A stretch of DNA of 64,000 bases. Source: an uncultured Mesorhizobium sp. Its GTDB lineage: Bacteria > Pseudomonadota > Alphaproteobacteria > Rhizobiales > Rhizobiaceae. The position numbers were made by a program, and so were the translations under genes. Below the pieces are notes generated by a model that saw nothing but the letters and a program-made list of their open reading frames with translations, was not told where the DNA came from and did no database searches. Every line of letters starts with the position of its first letter. Positions within the stretch are counted from its first letter, which is position 1. The stretch lies in the NCBI GenBank assembly GCA_964629765.1, contig CAZVTK010000002.1, positions 32,898 to 96,897 on the forward strand, written 5' to 3'. Below are positions 48,989 to 57,798 of this stretch, piece after piece.

Positions 48989-50068
48989 ATGCTGAAACGT
49001 CTCGGCGCGCTGTGCGCCACCGCCTTCATGGCGGCCACCATCGCCGCCGGCCCCGCCGCGGCACAGGACATGCCGGCGCCCGGCGACGAAGCCGCCCTCT
49101 ACGAGCGCGCCAAGGCCGAGGGTTCGCTGGTCTGGTATACCGGCGGCGCGCTCGACACCTCGCAGGCCATCGCGGCCTCCTTCGAGAAGGCCTATCCGGG
49201 CGTCAAGGTCGAGGTCCTGCGCCTTGCCGGCGCCGCGCAGTACCAGCGCTTCATGGAAGAGACCGGTGCCGGCCAGAACATCGCCGACATCCTGTGGATC
49301 GGCGACTACCCGTCCATGCAGGCCCTGGTCGCGGACGAGCTCGTCGCCGAGTGGCGCATCCCGACCGCGGACCGCTTCGACGAGCGCTACCGCATGGGCG
49401 GCCGCGCCTACGCGTTCAACCGCGTCGACTCGGTCATCGTCTACAATGACAGGCTGGTGAGCGAGGAAGAGGCGCGCCTGCTCGAGGCGGACTGGCGCAA
49501 CATTCTCGATCCGCGCTTCAAGGGCCGCTTCGCCACCACCACCGCCAAATGCGGCGCCTGCTACGTGGCGATCAACCTGTTCACCGACCCGGCCCTGTCC
49601 TCCGTCTATCCCGAGGACTTCCTTGAAAAGGTCGGCGCGCAGGGACCGGCGGTCTACAACGACTTCATCGCCATGGTGGACCGCATCGTCGCCGGCGAGA
49701 ACGACTTCGCCTACTGGAGCTTCGAGTCCATCGCGGCCACCAAGCGCGCCCAGGGCGCGCCGGTGAAGTGGGTCTACCCGAAGCCGACGCCGTCCTTCCC
49801 GAGCACCTGGATGGCCGTCTCCGGCAAGGCGCCGCATCCCGCCGCCGCGCGCCTGTTCATCAACTGGGTGGGCAGCGAGGCCGGCGCCAGGTCGATCATG
49901 CTCGACTATTTCGGCACGCCGACCATGAGCGGCATCGCCGACGAGCGCGCCTTCGCTTCCGAGGACTGGTATCGCGGCCCGGCAGAGCTCTACAACGTCG
50001 ACTTCAACCGCTGGATCGAGCGCTACGACGCCGACATGGCGCGCTGGATCGCCGCGATCAGCCGTTAG
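48989..50068 (+). CDS. ABC transporter substrate-binding protein (FbpA/PotD-like), Sec signal
   Basis: MLKRLG..AAA signal, AEGSLVWYT, DPRFKGRFA. SD GGGAGG. Confidence 0.88.
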   Translation: MLKRLGALCATAFMAATIAAGPAAAQDMPAPGDEAALYERAKAEGSLVWYTGGALDTSQAIAASFEKAYPGVKVEVLRLAGAAQYQRFMEETGAGQNIADILWIGDYPSMQALVADELVAEWRIPTADRFDERYRMGGRAYAFNRVDSVIVYNDRLVSEEEARLLEADWRNILDPRFKGRFATTTAKCGACYVAINLFTDPALSSVYPEDFLEKVGAQGPAVYNDFIAMVDRIVAGENDFAYWSFESIAATKRAQGAPVKWVYPKPTPSFPSTWMAVSGKAPHPAAARLFINWVGSEAGARSIMLDYFGTPTMSGIADERAFASEDWYRGPAELYNVDFNRWIERYDADMARWIAAISR

Positions 50069-50093
50069 CGGCCGTGGTTTCTTCCGCAAGCTG

Positions 50094-50130
50094 GACGCCG
50101 GCCGGCCGATCCGCCGGCCGGCGTCGTTTC
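50094..50130 (+). terminator. 13-bp GC stem-loop (GACGCCGGCCGGC/GCCGGCCGGCGTC) after the SBP gene; weak terminator or stabiliser
   Basis: Perfect stem, 6-nt loop, short T tail. Confidence 0.5.
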
Positions 50131-50177
50131 CTGCCTTTGCCCGGCGCGCAATGCAGCAAGCCGGCGGCGGATCGACC

Positions 50178-51392
50178 ATGATGCCGGACATCCGCATCGG
50201 CGACGAGGAGCGCTCCCGCAGGAGGATGCGCGTGCTCGCCGATATCCACAACCTGAACGACATGCGAGAAGCCGCCCGCCGGCGGTTGCCGAAGGGAATC
50301 TTCGAGTTCATCGACCGAGGCGCCGAGGACGAGATTGCGATCTCGAACAACCGGCGCGCCATCGACGACCTGAAATTCTCTCCGAAAGTGCCGCGCGACG
50401 TGTCGGGACGCACTGCCGATACGGTTCTGTTCGGGAAGCGCCACGGCATGCCGGCCGCGATCGCGCCGACCGGCGCTGCCGGGCTGGTGCGCTACCAGGG
50501 CGAGTTGGAGCTGGCCCGCGCCGCCGCACAGGCGAACATACCCTTCACGCTTGCGACCCGTTCGACGATATCACTGGAGGAGGTCGCCGCCCGCGCAGGC
50601 GGCACGCTGTGGTTCCAGCTCTATGTATGGGCTGACAGGAGCCTGTCCCACGGCATTGTGGAGCGGGCGGCGAAGGCCGGATACGAGGCGCTGGTCGTCA
50701 CCGTCGACACGCCTGCGCCGCCCAACCGCGAATACAACCACCGCAACGGCTTTTCCCTTCCGTTCGTGCCTTCCGGCCGCGCGGTACTCGACATGGCACG
50801 CCATCCGAAATGGCTTTTCGGCGTGATGGGAAGATATCTCCTGACCACCGGCATGCCCCGCTACGAAAACCAGCCCGGCGAGCACAACCAGAAGATGACG
50901 CGCGGCGCCGAGACGCTGGCGTCGCGCATCAGCGATTCCGTCACCTGGGAGGATATCGCGACGTTGCGCCGGCTCTGGCCGCGCACGCTCATCCTCAAGG
51001 GCATCCTGCGTGCGGACGATGCGAGGAAGGCGGTGGAACACGGCGTCGACGGAGTCGTGGTGTCCAACCATGGAGGCCGCTGCCTGGATGCCGCCGTCGC
51101 ACCCCTCGATGCATTGCCGGGCATCGCCGACGCCGTCGCCGGACGGGCAACCATCCTGGTCGACGGCGGCTTTCGCCGCGGCAGCGACATAGCGAAGGCG
51201 ATATGCCTGGGCGCATCTGCCGTGCTGCTGGGCCGGACGACGCTGTTCGGCACGGCCGTGGCGGGCGAAAAGGGGGCACACCACGCGCTGGCGATCCTGC
51301 GACGCGAGCTTCTGACGGTGATGGCGATGACAGGCGCTTCGGCGCTGTCCGACCTTGAGCCCGATCTCCTGGTCGGCGGAAGCAGGACATGA
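50178..51392 (+). CDS. FMN-dependent alpha-hydroxy acid dehydrogenase (lactate/mandelate/glycolate oxidase family)
   Basis: F.FIDRGAEDE, WFQLY, TVD, NRE, LKGI, SNHGGR, DGGFRRGSDIAKA. Start uncertain. Confidence 0.92.
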   Translation: MMPDIRIGDEERSRRRMRVLADIHNLNDMREAARRRLPKGIFEFIDRGAEDEIAISNNRRAIDDLKFSPKVPRDVSGRTADTVLFGKRHGMPAAIAPTGAAGLVRYQGELELARAAAQANIPFTLATRSTISLEEVAARAGGTLWFQLYVWADRSLSHGIVERAAKAGYEALVVTVDTPAPPNREYNHRNGFSLPFVPSGRAVLDMARHPKWLFGVMGRYLLTTGMPRYENQPGEHNQKMTRGAETLASRISDSVTWEDIATLRRLWPRTLILKGILRADDARKAVEHGVDGVVVSNHGGRCLDAAVAPLDALPGIADAVAGRATILVDGGFRRGSDIAKAICLGASAVLLGRTTLFGTAVAGEKGAHHALAILRRELLTVMAMTGASALSDLEPDLLVGGSRT

Positions 51393-51506
51393 AGGCTGGA
51401 CCTGAAGGGCGCGAGCGCCGTCTCCCGATATTTGTTCCCTCGCCGCTTCGAAACAGGAGCGACGCCGGGAATGCGTCGATCCCTAACGGCAGGAGCCGAA
51501 GACATC

Positions 51507-51935
51507 GTGACGCTTGACTGGACGACGGCGCGGGCCGTCATCGAAACCTACCTGCATGGCGTCGACGCCAAAGACGAGGCCGAGCTGCTCGGCGTGTTCG
51601 CCGAGGACGCCGAGGCGCTCTACCATCGCGGCTCGGCCGACGAGCGCCGCACGCTGGGCCGCGACGGGATCGTCGGCGAGATCGTGCGCAGCATCGCGCG
51701 CTTCACCGCATCGAACCACAGCATCTCCAATTTCACCGTGAAGCTCAACGGCGACGCCGCGCGCACGGACACTTTCGCCATCGCCAACGTCGTCTTCGGC
51801 ACGCGCATGCTGGTGCGCGGGCTGCGCTATCAGGACCTGATCGTGCGCACGCCCGCCGGGCCGGTCATCCGCGAGCGCGTCCACACGCCGCTCTGGCAGA
51901 CCGAGCTGGCCACCGTGCCGCCGAAGATGGGCTGA
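51507..51935 (+). CDS. NTF2/SnoaL-like domain protein
   Basis: Y.HGVDAKD..L.VFAEDA, SNH.ISN, GLRYQD. GTG start after AGGAG. Confidence 0.8.
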   Translation: MTLDWTTARAVIETYLHGVDAKDEAELLGVFAEDAEALYHRGSADERRTLGRDGIVGEIVRSIARFTASNHSISNFTVKLNGDAARTDTFAIANVVFGTRMLVRGLRYQDLIVRTPAGPVIRERVHTPLWQTELATVPPKMG

Positions 51936-51958
51936 GCCTCGCGGGCGGCGCCGGCGTT

Positions 51959-53077
51959 TCAGGCGTCGCGCTGCGCCTGCGCCGCGAAGGCGTAGGCGGC
52001 TTCGATGATCTCCAGATGGCGCACCCCCGCCTCGATGTCGATCTCGCCCGACCGTCCGGCGTCGAGCGCGTCGAGGAACGCCGATATGTCGGCATCCGGC
52101 GATTCCCGCTCCAGCGGCACCGGCGCGTTGCCGCGCGGCGGGATCGCGGCGATGGTGGAGGCCCACATCGACATCGGGTCGTGCTCGTATCCGGCCGGAT
52201 GCGCGAACGGCACCGTCGGCGCGTGCACCACGAGCCGGTCGCGCAGCGGCCCGAAGCGCGCCACGCCGCCGCTGCCGTGCAGCGTCACGCCCATGAAGCC
52301 GCGCCAGGGGTGCCGGTCCCAGCCGATGCGGCCGGCATTCATCGTGGCGATCACGCCGCCCTCGAATTCCACCACGAGCGCGCCGAAATCCTCCGCGTTC
52401 TGGTCGAGATGCTCGCGGAAGAAATGGTTGCCCGTGAATGCCGCCACCGAGCGCACGGGCCGGCCGACCAGCCAGCAGGCAAGCGAGACGGGATAGTAGC
52501 CCATGTCGAACAGCTCGCGCTTGGCCGATTCGGCGGGAAAGCGCGGCAGCGCCGTCACCTCCCTGCGGATGCCGGACGGCAGCTCCGCCGGCATGCCCTT
52601 GGACACCAGCATCTCGCCATGCAGGGCGAGCAGCGTGCCCAGCCGGCCGGACTCCAGCGCCCGCCTGGCCTCGCGCGCCCACGGCGTGGTCGCATGGCTG
52701 AGGATCTGCGTTTGCACGCCGCCGGCGCGCACCGCGGCGGCGATGCGCCGGGCGTCGGCGGCGGAAGCGGCCGCCGGCTTGTCGAGATAGAGATGCAGGC
52801 CGCGCCCCGCGCAGCGGGCGGCGACCTCGCCGCGGTCTTCCATCGGCACGCACACGCAGGCGATGTCGGCTCCCCGGTCGAGGGCCGCGTCGAGCGTGAG
52901 GAAATCGATGCCGAGCCGGGCCGCCATAGCGGCGCCGGCCGCCCGCCGCGGCTCCGGTATGCCGGGAAGGTCGGCCAGCGCCACGACCTCGCAGCGCGGC
53001 TCCGCCATGAAATGCGGCGCGTAGTGCTCCTGGTGCGTGCGGTCCCCGCCGGCGAGCAGTACCCGGTAGCGCGCCAT
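51959..53077 (-). CDS. Gfo/Idh/MocA family oxidoreductase
   Basis: HLYLDKPAA, ELFDMGYYP, AEDFGA..F.GG.IAT. Confidence 0.85.
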   Translation of the reverse strand: MARYRVLLAGGDRTHQEHYAPHFMAEPRCEVVALADLPGIPEPRRAAGAAMAARLGIDFLTLDAALDRGADIACVCVPMEDRGEVAARCAGRGLHLYLDKPAAASAADARRIAAAVRAGGVQTQILSHATTPWAREARRALESGRLGTLLALHGEMLVSKGMPAELPSGIRREVTALPRFPAESAKRELFDMGYYPVSLACWLVGRPVRSVAAFTGNHFFREHLDQNAEDFGALVVEFEGGVIATMNAGRIGWDRHPWRGFMGVTLHGSGGVARFGPLRDRLVVHAPTVPFAHPAGYEHDPMSMWASTIAAIPPRGNAPVPLERESPDADISAFLDALDAGRSGEIDIEAGVRHLEIIEAAYAFAAQAQRDA

Positions 53078-53079
53078 GG

Positions 53080-53454
53080 TCAGGGCTCGTGCCGCCAGGT
53101 CAGCGATCCGCCGCTGCCGAGCACGAGCAGGTCGCAGCGGCTTTCCGGCGCGACGACCACCGACAGCAGGGCGATCTGCCCGCCGGACCAGAGCGCGAGC
53201 ACGGCGGCGGCGGATGCTCCGCCCACCGGGTGCAGGCTCCTGCGCTCGCCGCCGAAGCACCGGCCGATCGCAGCCAGCGCGCCGTCGCGCGCGGCGGCCG
53301 CGCCCGCCTCCGACGTCACCGCGAGCAGCAGCCGGGCGGAGCGCGGCGTGCCGATGCGCCCGCCGGCAACGGCCCGGTCGACGGCGTCCCAGAGCCTGGC
53401 AAGCAGGGCCGGCAGCTCGAGGGTCGGGTCGGGGGTCGGGTCGGGCGCGCCCAT
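53080..53454 (-). CDS. Hypothetical protein (124 aa)
   Basis: Fills the gap between the permease and the Gfo/Idh/MocA gene with 2-7 bp spacing; no recognised domain. Confidence 0.5.
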   Translation of the reverse strand: MGAPDPTPDPTLELPALLARLWDAVDRAVAGGRIGTPRSARLLLAVTSEAGAAAARDGALAAIGRCFGGERRSLHPVGGASAAAVLALWSGGQIALLSVVVAPESRCDLLVLGSGGSLTWRHEP

Positions 53455-53461
53455 GGCCGCC

Positions 53462-55240
53462 CTATTTCGACGCCGCGACGGCTTCGAGCCGCACCTTGAA
53501 CAGCGCCCGTGTCACCAGCACCAGGCCGATCATCATCGCCGTCTGCACGACGCCGACCGCCGAGGCGAACTGGTACTCGCCGCCGTCCATGTAGTGCCAG
53601 GTCAGCACCGAGAGCGTCAGGCTCTTCTGGCTGTAGAGCAGCGCGGAGGCGGACAGCTCCTTGATCGACTGCAACATGACGAAGAACAGCAGCGCGATCA
53701 GCGTCGGCTGGACCAGCGGCATGACGATGGCGCGGATCGCCCTCAGCCGCGAGGCCCCGGACATGCGCGCGCTCTGCTCCAGCTCGGGATGGACCTGCAT
53801 GATCGCCGATCGGCTGACGAGGATGCCGTAGGGCAGCGACTTGGCGACCATCGCCAGGAGCAGGATCCAGATCGTGCCGTAGAGCGGCGTGCGCAGATAG
53901 AGCCACAGCAGGCCGATGCCGTAGACGAGGCCCGGCACCGCCACCGGCAGCACGCCGAGCATGGCGACCGTCTTCGAGAAGAAGGTCGGCTGGCGCACCT
54001 CGAGGAAGCTGATCAGGAAGCCGAACACCACGCAGGCGGCGCCGGTCAGTATCGCGGCCAGCGCGGTGTTCCACAAGGCGGTCCGCGTGTCGGGCAGGTT
54101 GAGGATCTTGTCGTAGTGGACGAGCGTGAGGATGTCCCACGAGATCGTCGTCGACGAGTACTTCATGAACGACGACAGGATGATCGAGCCGAGCGGCAGG
54201 ATGTCGGCCGCGAGCACGTAGACCGTGATCACCGCCAGCGCCGGCCATTTGAGCGCGCCCAGCGGCAGCGGCTTGCCCTTGAACCCCTTGCCGGCCATCG
54301 TCACGTAGCGCTCGCTGCGCCTGGTGATGACGCGCTGGATCAGCATGCCGGCGATGGCGATCCACAGGATCATGGTGCCCGCGGCGGCCGCGTGGGCACG
54401 GTGCACCGGGAACTGGGTCGAGTCCTTGTAGATCTGCCAGGGCAGCGTGGTGAAGCCGGCATTGGCGCCGATGATGCCGGGTATGGTGTAGACCTCGGCG
54501 GCGAGGATGAAGACCAGCAGGCCGGCCGAGAAGATCGACGGCATGGCCATCGGCACGGTGATGAGGCTCAGCGTCTTCAGCGGGCCGGCGCCGGACATGC
54601 GGGACGCCTCCTCCAGCGAGGAATCCATGGTCCGCATCGAGCCGACCGTGAACAGGTAGACGAACGGGCAGAAGAACAGGAACATCACCCACACGACGCC
54701 GCCGAAGCTCCAGATGTTGAAGAGAGGCGACGCGTCGATGCCGAACAGGCTCCAGAACTGCATCCAGGCGATGTTGATCAGCCCCGTCTTCTCCGAGCCC
54801 AGCGCGATCCACGCGATGAGGCCGGTGAAGGGCGACACGAACATCGGCATGATGATCAGCAGCTCGATCAGGCCTTTGTTCTTCATGTCGGTGCGTGCCA
54901 TGATCAGCGCCATGACGACGCCGAAGACCAGCGACAGCGCGGTGACGAGCGCCGAAAGCAGCAGGGCGTTCATCAGATAGCCCAGATATTGCGCCGTCCC
55001 GTACACGTTGATCACGGCTTCGAGGCTGCGCACCGCGCTGAGGCCGACACGCGTCTCCTTGTAGAAGGACGCGTCCACGGCCAGCACCAGCGGGACGATG
55101 GAAACCAGGATGACCGCGGCGGCGATCGCCAGCCACAGCAGGTTTTCCGGCGTCAGGTAGGTCCTGAAGATGTCGGTCCGGCGCGGCGCGATCACGGTGC
55201 CGGCAGTGCGGGGCATCGTATTGACGGACTGCATGGCCAT
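53462..55240 (-). CDS. ABC transporter permease with two TM domains (FbpB-like)
   Basis: Two EAA loops (SLEEASRMSGA, ELEQSARMSGA). ATG 55240 after SD GGGAG. Confidence 0.92.
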   Translation of the reverse strand: MAMQSVNTMPRTAGTVIAPRRTDIFRTYLTPENLLWLAIAAAVILVSIVPLVLAVDASFYKETRVGLSAVRSLEAVINVYGTAQYLGYLMNALLLSALVTALSLVFGVVMALIMARTDMKNKGLIELLIIMPMFVSPFTGLIAWIALGSEKTGLINIAWMQFWSLFGIDASPLFNIWSFGGVVWVMFLFFCPFVYLFTVGSMRTMDSSLEEASRMSGAGPLKTLSLITVPMAMPSIFSAGLLVFILAAEVYTIPGIIGANAGFTTLPWQIYKDSTQFPVHRAHAAAAGTMILWIAIAGMLIQRVITRRSERYVTMAGKGFKGKPLPLGALKWPALAVITVYVLAADILPLGSIILSSFMKYSSTTISWDILTLVHYDKILNLPDTRTALWNTALAAILTGAACVVFGFLISFLEVRQPTFFSKTVAMLGVLPVAVPGLVYGIGLLWLYLRTPLYGTIWILLLAMVAKSLPYGILVSRSAIMQVHPELEQSARMSGASRLRAIRAIVMPLVQPTLIALLFFVMLQSIKELSASALLYSQKSLTLSVLTWHYMDGGEYQFASAVGVVQTAMMIGLVLVTRALFKVRLEAVAASK

Positions 55241-55263
55241 CGATGGTCTCCCTTGCCTGTGGG

Positions 55264-55536
55264 CTAGGTCGTGTACTGATAATGGGTTTGGCCGCGGCGC
55301 GAGCCGGATTTGGGCCCTGAGCAGGCGAAAAGACCGCCGTGGTGTCGACCACCACAAGGGCTTTTCAACGAACTCAGGCCGCAAATCCGCCGCGCCCCGA
55401 AGGGGTATGGCCAAAATCGGTGATTTCGTCGTCGCGGACCCTCGACGGGGAACCACCCCGCCTTCGGCTCCGCTCCTCGAACTGACCGATTTTGACCCAT
55501 ACCGCGGCTCGAACCCATTATCAGTACACGACCTAG
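55264..55536. mobile_element. MITE-like non-autonomous element 2 (273 bp including both CTAG)
   Basis: Perfect 25-bp inverted ends CTAGGTCGTGTACTGATAATGGGTT (55264-55288 / 55512-55536); lies between the ABC ATPase and permease genes. Confidence 0.85.
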
Positions 55537-55562
55537 GCCCACGCTGTCGGATATCGCCAAGG

Positions 55563-56657
55563 TCAGGCCGCCTTCGCGACGTCTGCGGCACCCACCGGGT
55601 AGAGGAGGACGTTGGAAGGGTCGATCCGCACCCACAGCCGCTGCTCCGGCTTCCACAGGGCCGGCGGGCTGAGCTGCCCGCGCAACTGGTGATCGCCGAT
55701 ACGCAGGTAGATGTCGCCGATGTTGCCGAGGAAGTAGGTCGCCTCGGCCTTGCCCTGGAACACGTTGACGCCCTCGATCGCCGAGGCGGAGATTTCCAGC
55801 ATTTCCGGCCGCACGACCACCTCGACCGCCGATCCGGCGGGCAGCGGGCTCTGGCCGCACAGAAGCTCCGTTCCGTCGGAGAGCCGCACGCGGCTCCGCG
55901 CGCCGCTTTCCACGAGCCGTCCGGCGAGGATGTTGGCGAGCCCGATGAACTCCGCGCCGAAGCGCGTGGCGGGCCGGTAGTAGATGTCGGTGGGCGAGCC
56001 GATCTGGTCGATGCGCCCCTCGTTCATCAGCACGATGCGGTCGGCGACGACCATCGCCTCCTGCTGATCGTGGGTGACGTAGATCGAGGTGATGCCGAGG
56101 CCTTGCAGGAGCTGGCGCAGCTCGAAGCGCATGCGCTCGCGCAGCTTGGCATCGAGGTTGCTCAGCGGCTCGTCGAAGAGCAGCACGCGCGGCTCCAGCA
56201 CGATGGCGCGGGCGAGGGCGACGCGCTGCTGCTGGCCGCCCGAGAGCTGGCTGGCGCCGCGGCCGGCAAAGGCCTCCAGGCCGACGCGCCGCAATGCGGC
56301 GGCCACCTTCCGGTCGATCTCGGCGCGCGGCTCCTTCTTGATCTTCAGGCCGAACGCGACGTTCTCGGCGACGGTCATGTGCGGCCAGATCGCATAGGAC
56401 TGGAACACCATGCCGATCTCGCGCTTTTCCGGCGGCACGGCGAAGGAAGGGGACGAGACCACGCGGTCGCCGATGACGATCTCGCCGGCGCTGACGTCCT
56501 CCAGCCCGGCGATGCAGCGCAGCGTCGTCGTCTTGCCGCAGCCGCTCGGACCGAGCAGCACGATGAACTCGCCCTCGCCGATCTCCAGGTCGATCGTCCT
56601 CACCGCGAGGAAATCGCCGTAGCTCTTTTCAATGCCACGAATGCTGACGCTGGACAT
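55563..56657 (-). CDS. ABC transporter ATP-binding protein (PotA/FbpC family)
   Basis: GPSGCGKTT, LSGGQQQRVALAR, DEPLSNLD, TOBE-like tail. Confidence 0.95.
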   Translation of the reverse strand: MSSVSIRGIEKSYGDFLAVRTIDLEIGEGEFIVLLGPSGCGKTTTLRCIAGLEDVSAGEIVIGDRVVSSPSFAVPPEKREIGMVFQSYAIWPHMTVAENVAFGLKIKKEPRAEIDRKVAAALRRVGLEAFAGRGASQLSGGQQQRVALARAIVLEPRVLLFDEPLSNLDAKLRERMRFELRQLLQGLGITSIYVTHDQQEAMVVADRIVLMNEGRIDQIGSPTDIYYRPATRFGAEFIGLANILAGRLVESGARSRVRLSDGTELLCGQSPLPAGSAVEVVVRPEMLEISASAIEGVNVFQGKAEATYFLGNIGDIYLRIGDHQLRGQLSPPALWKPEQRLWVRIDPSNVLLYPVGAADVAKAA

Positions 56658-56726
56658 GAAACCTCCCTTCGCCCGGCGGGATCGCGCTCAGGCCGGCGAC
56701 CCCAAAACAGGATTTTTCGTCAATCG

Positions 56727-56745
56727 TCAATGGTTGAACCTTTGA
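56727..56745. promoter_or_regulatory. Putative FadR/GntR-type operator TCAATGGTTGAACCTTTGA
   Basis: Near-perfect palindrome upstream of the ABC operon. Confidence 0.7.
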
Positions 56746-56776
56746 CTTTTTATCAACTCCCTGTCGGCCTTGCAGT

Positions 56777-57691
56777 TCACTCCGCGGCGGCCGACGGGAG
56801 CACCGTCGCGACGATCGAGGCGTCGAGCGCCTCGAACTCGTGATAGCCGATCATGTCGTATAGCTCGGCGCGCGTCTGCATCGCGTCGAGCATGTCCCTG
56901 GTCGCGCCGGTCCGGGCGATGGTCGCGTAGAGCGTCTCCTGCGCCTTGGCGGCGACGCGCAGCGAACTCACCGGCCAGATCACCATGCGGTAGCCCATGG
57001 CCTCGAATTCCTGCGCGGTGAAGAACGGCGTCCTGCCGAACTCCGTCATGTTGGCCAGCAGCGGCGCATCGACGCGGGAGGCGAACTCCTCGAACATGGC
57101 GCGCGTGGTCAGCGCTTCCGGGAAGATCGCGTCGGCGCCGGCATCGAGATATTGCCGGGCGCGCGCCACCGCGCCGTCGATGCCCTCGCTCGCCGCGGCA
57201 TCGGTGCGGGCGATGATGCAGATGTGCCTGCGCGCTCTTGCCGCGGCATTGATCTTGGCGGCCATGTCGCCGGGCGAGGCGAGCTTCTTGTCGTTCAGGT
57301 GCCCGCATTTCTTGGGCAGGAGCTGGTCCTCGATGTGCACCGCCCCGGCGCCGGCCTCCTCGAAGGCGCGCACCATGTGCATCACGTTCAGCGCCTCGCC
57401 ATAGCCGGTATCGCCGTCGACCAGCAGCGGCAGCCCGGTCGCGCGCGCGATCTGGCGCACGAAGAAGCAGACGTCCTCGACGCTGATCACGCCCAGGTCG
57501 GGCAGGCCCATCGAGGCGCTCATGGCGCCGCCCGACAGGTACAGCGCCTCGAAGCCGGCGCGCTGCGCCTGCAATGCCGCCAGGCCGTTATGCGCTCCCG
57601 GCATGCGCAGGATGCCGCCGCGCTCGACGAGCTTGCGGAACCGCACGCCGGCGGGCTCGGCCGGCAGATCCCCGGCGATCAGGTAAGTCAT
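56777..57691 (-). CDS. prpB: 2-methylisocitrate lyase (ICL/PEP mutase family)
   Basis: GLPDLG, VDGDTGYG, HIEDQ..PKKCGH, ARTDA, DAIFPEAL, LANMTEFG.TP. Confidence 0.9.
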   Translation of the reverse strand: MTYLIAGDLPAEPAGVRFRKLVERGGILRMPGAHNGLAALQAQRAGFEALYLSGGAMSASMGLPDLGVISVEDVCFFVRQIARATGLPLLVDGDTGYGEALNVMHMVRAFEEAGAGAVHIEDQLLPKKCGHLNDKKLASPGDMAAKINAAARARRHICIIARTDAAASEGIDGAVARARQYLDAGADAIFPEALTTRAMFEEFASRVDAPLLANMTEFGRTPFFTAQEFEAMGYRMVIWPVSSLRVAAKAQETLYATIARTGATRDMLDAMQTRAELYDMIGYHEFEALDASIVATVLPSAAAE

Positions 57692-57735
57692 GAGGTTCCT
57701 TTCACCTTCCCGCGTCTCGCCCGAGCACCGACGCC

Positions 57736-57779
57736 TTTACATCACGATCCGGCGCAACTATCAATGGTTCATCCAATGA
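57736..57779 (+). promoter_or_regulatory. Promoter TTTACA-N17-TATCAA overlapped by FadR-type site TCAATGGTTCATCCAATGA (57761-57779)
   Basis: Read directly; divergent prpB / CoA-transferase junction. Confidence 0.7.
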
Positions 57780-57798
57780 TCCACTAGAGAGACCGACG

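Noticed and set aside
53420-53446. GGGTCGG(G) short repeats
   Set aside because: They encode the PDPT linker of the small ORF; too short to call a repeat element.
52016-55267. 1083-aa plus-strand ORF
   Set aside because: Antisense shadow of the Gfo/Idh/MocA and permease genes; low-complexity Arg/Gly/Ala/His sequence typical of high-GC DNA, with no motifs.
55274-55282. TACTGATAA in the MITE 2 ends resembling a MarR half-site
   Set aside because: Only half the palindrome and part of the terminal repeat; probably coincidental.
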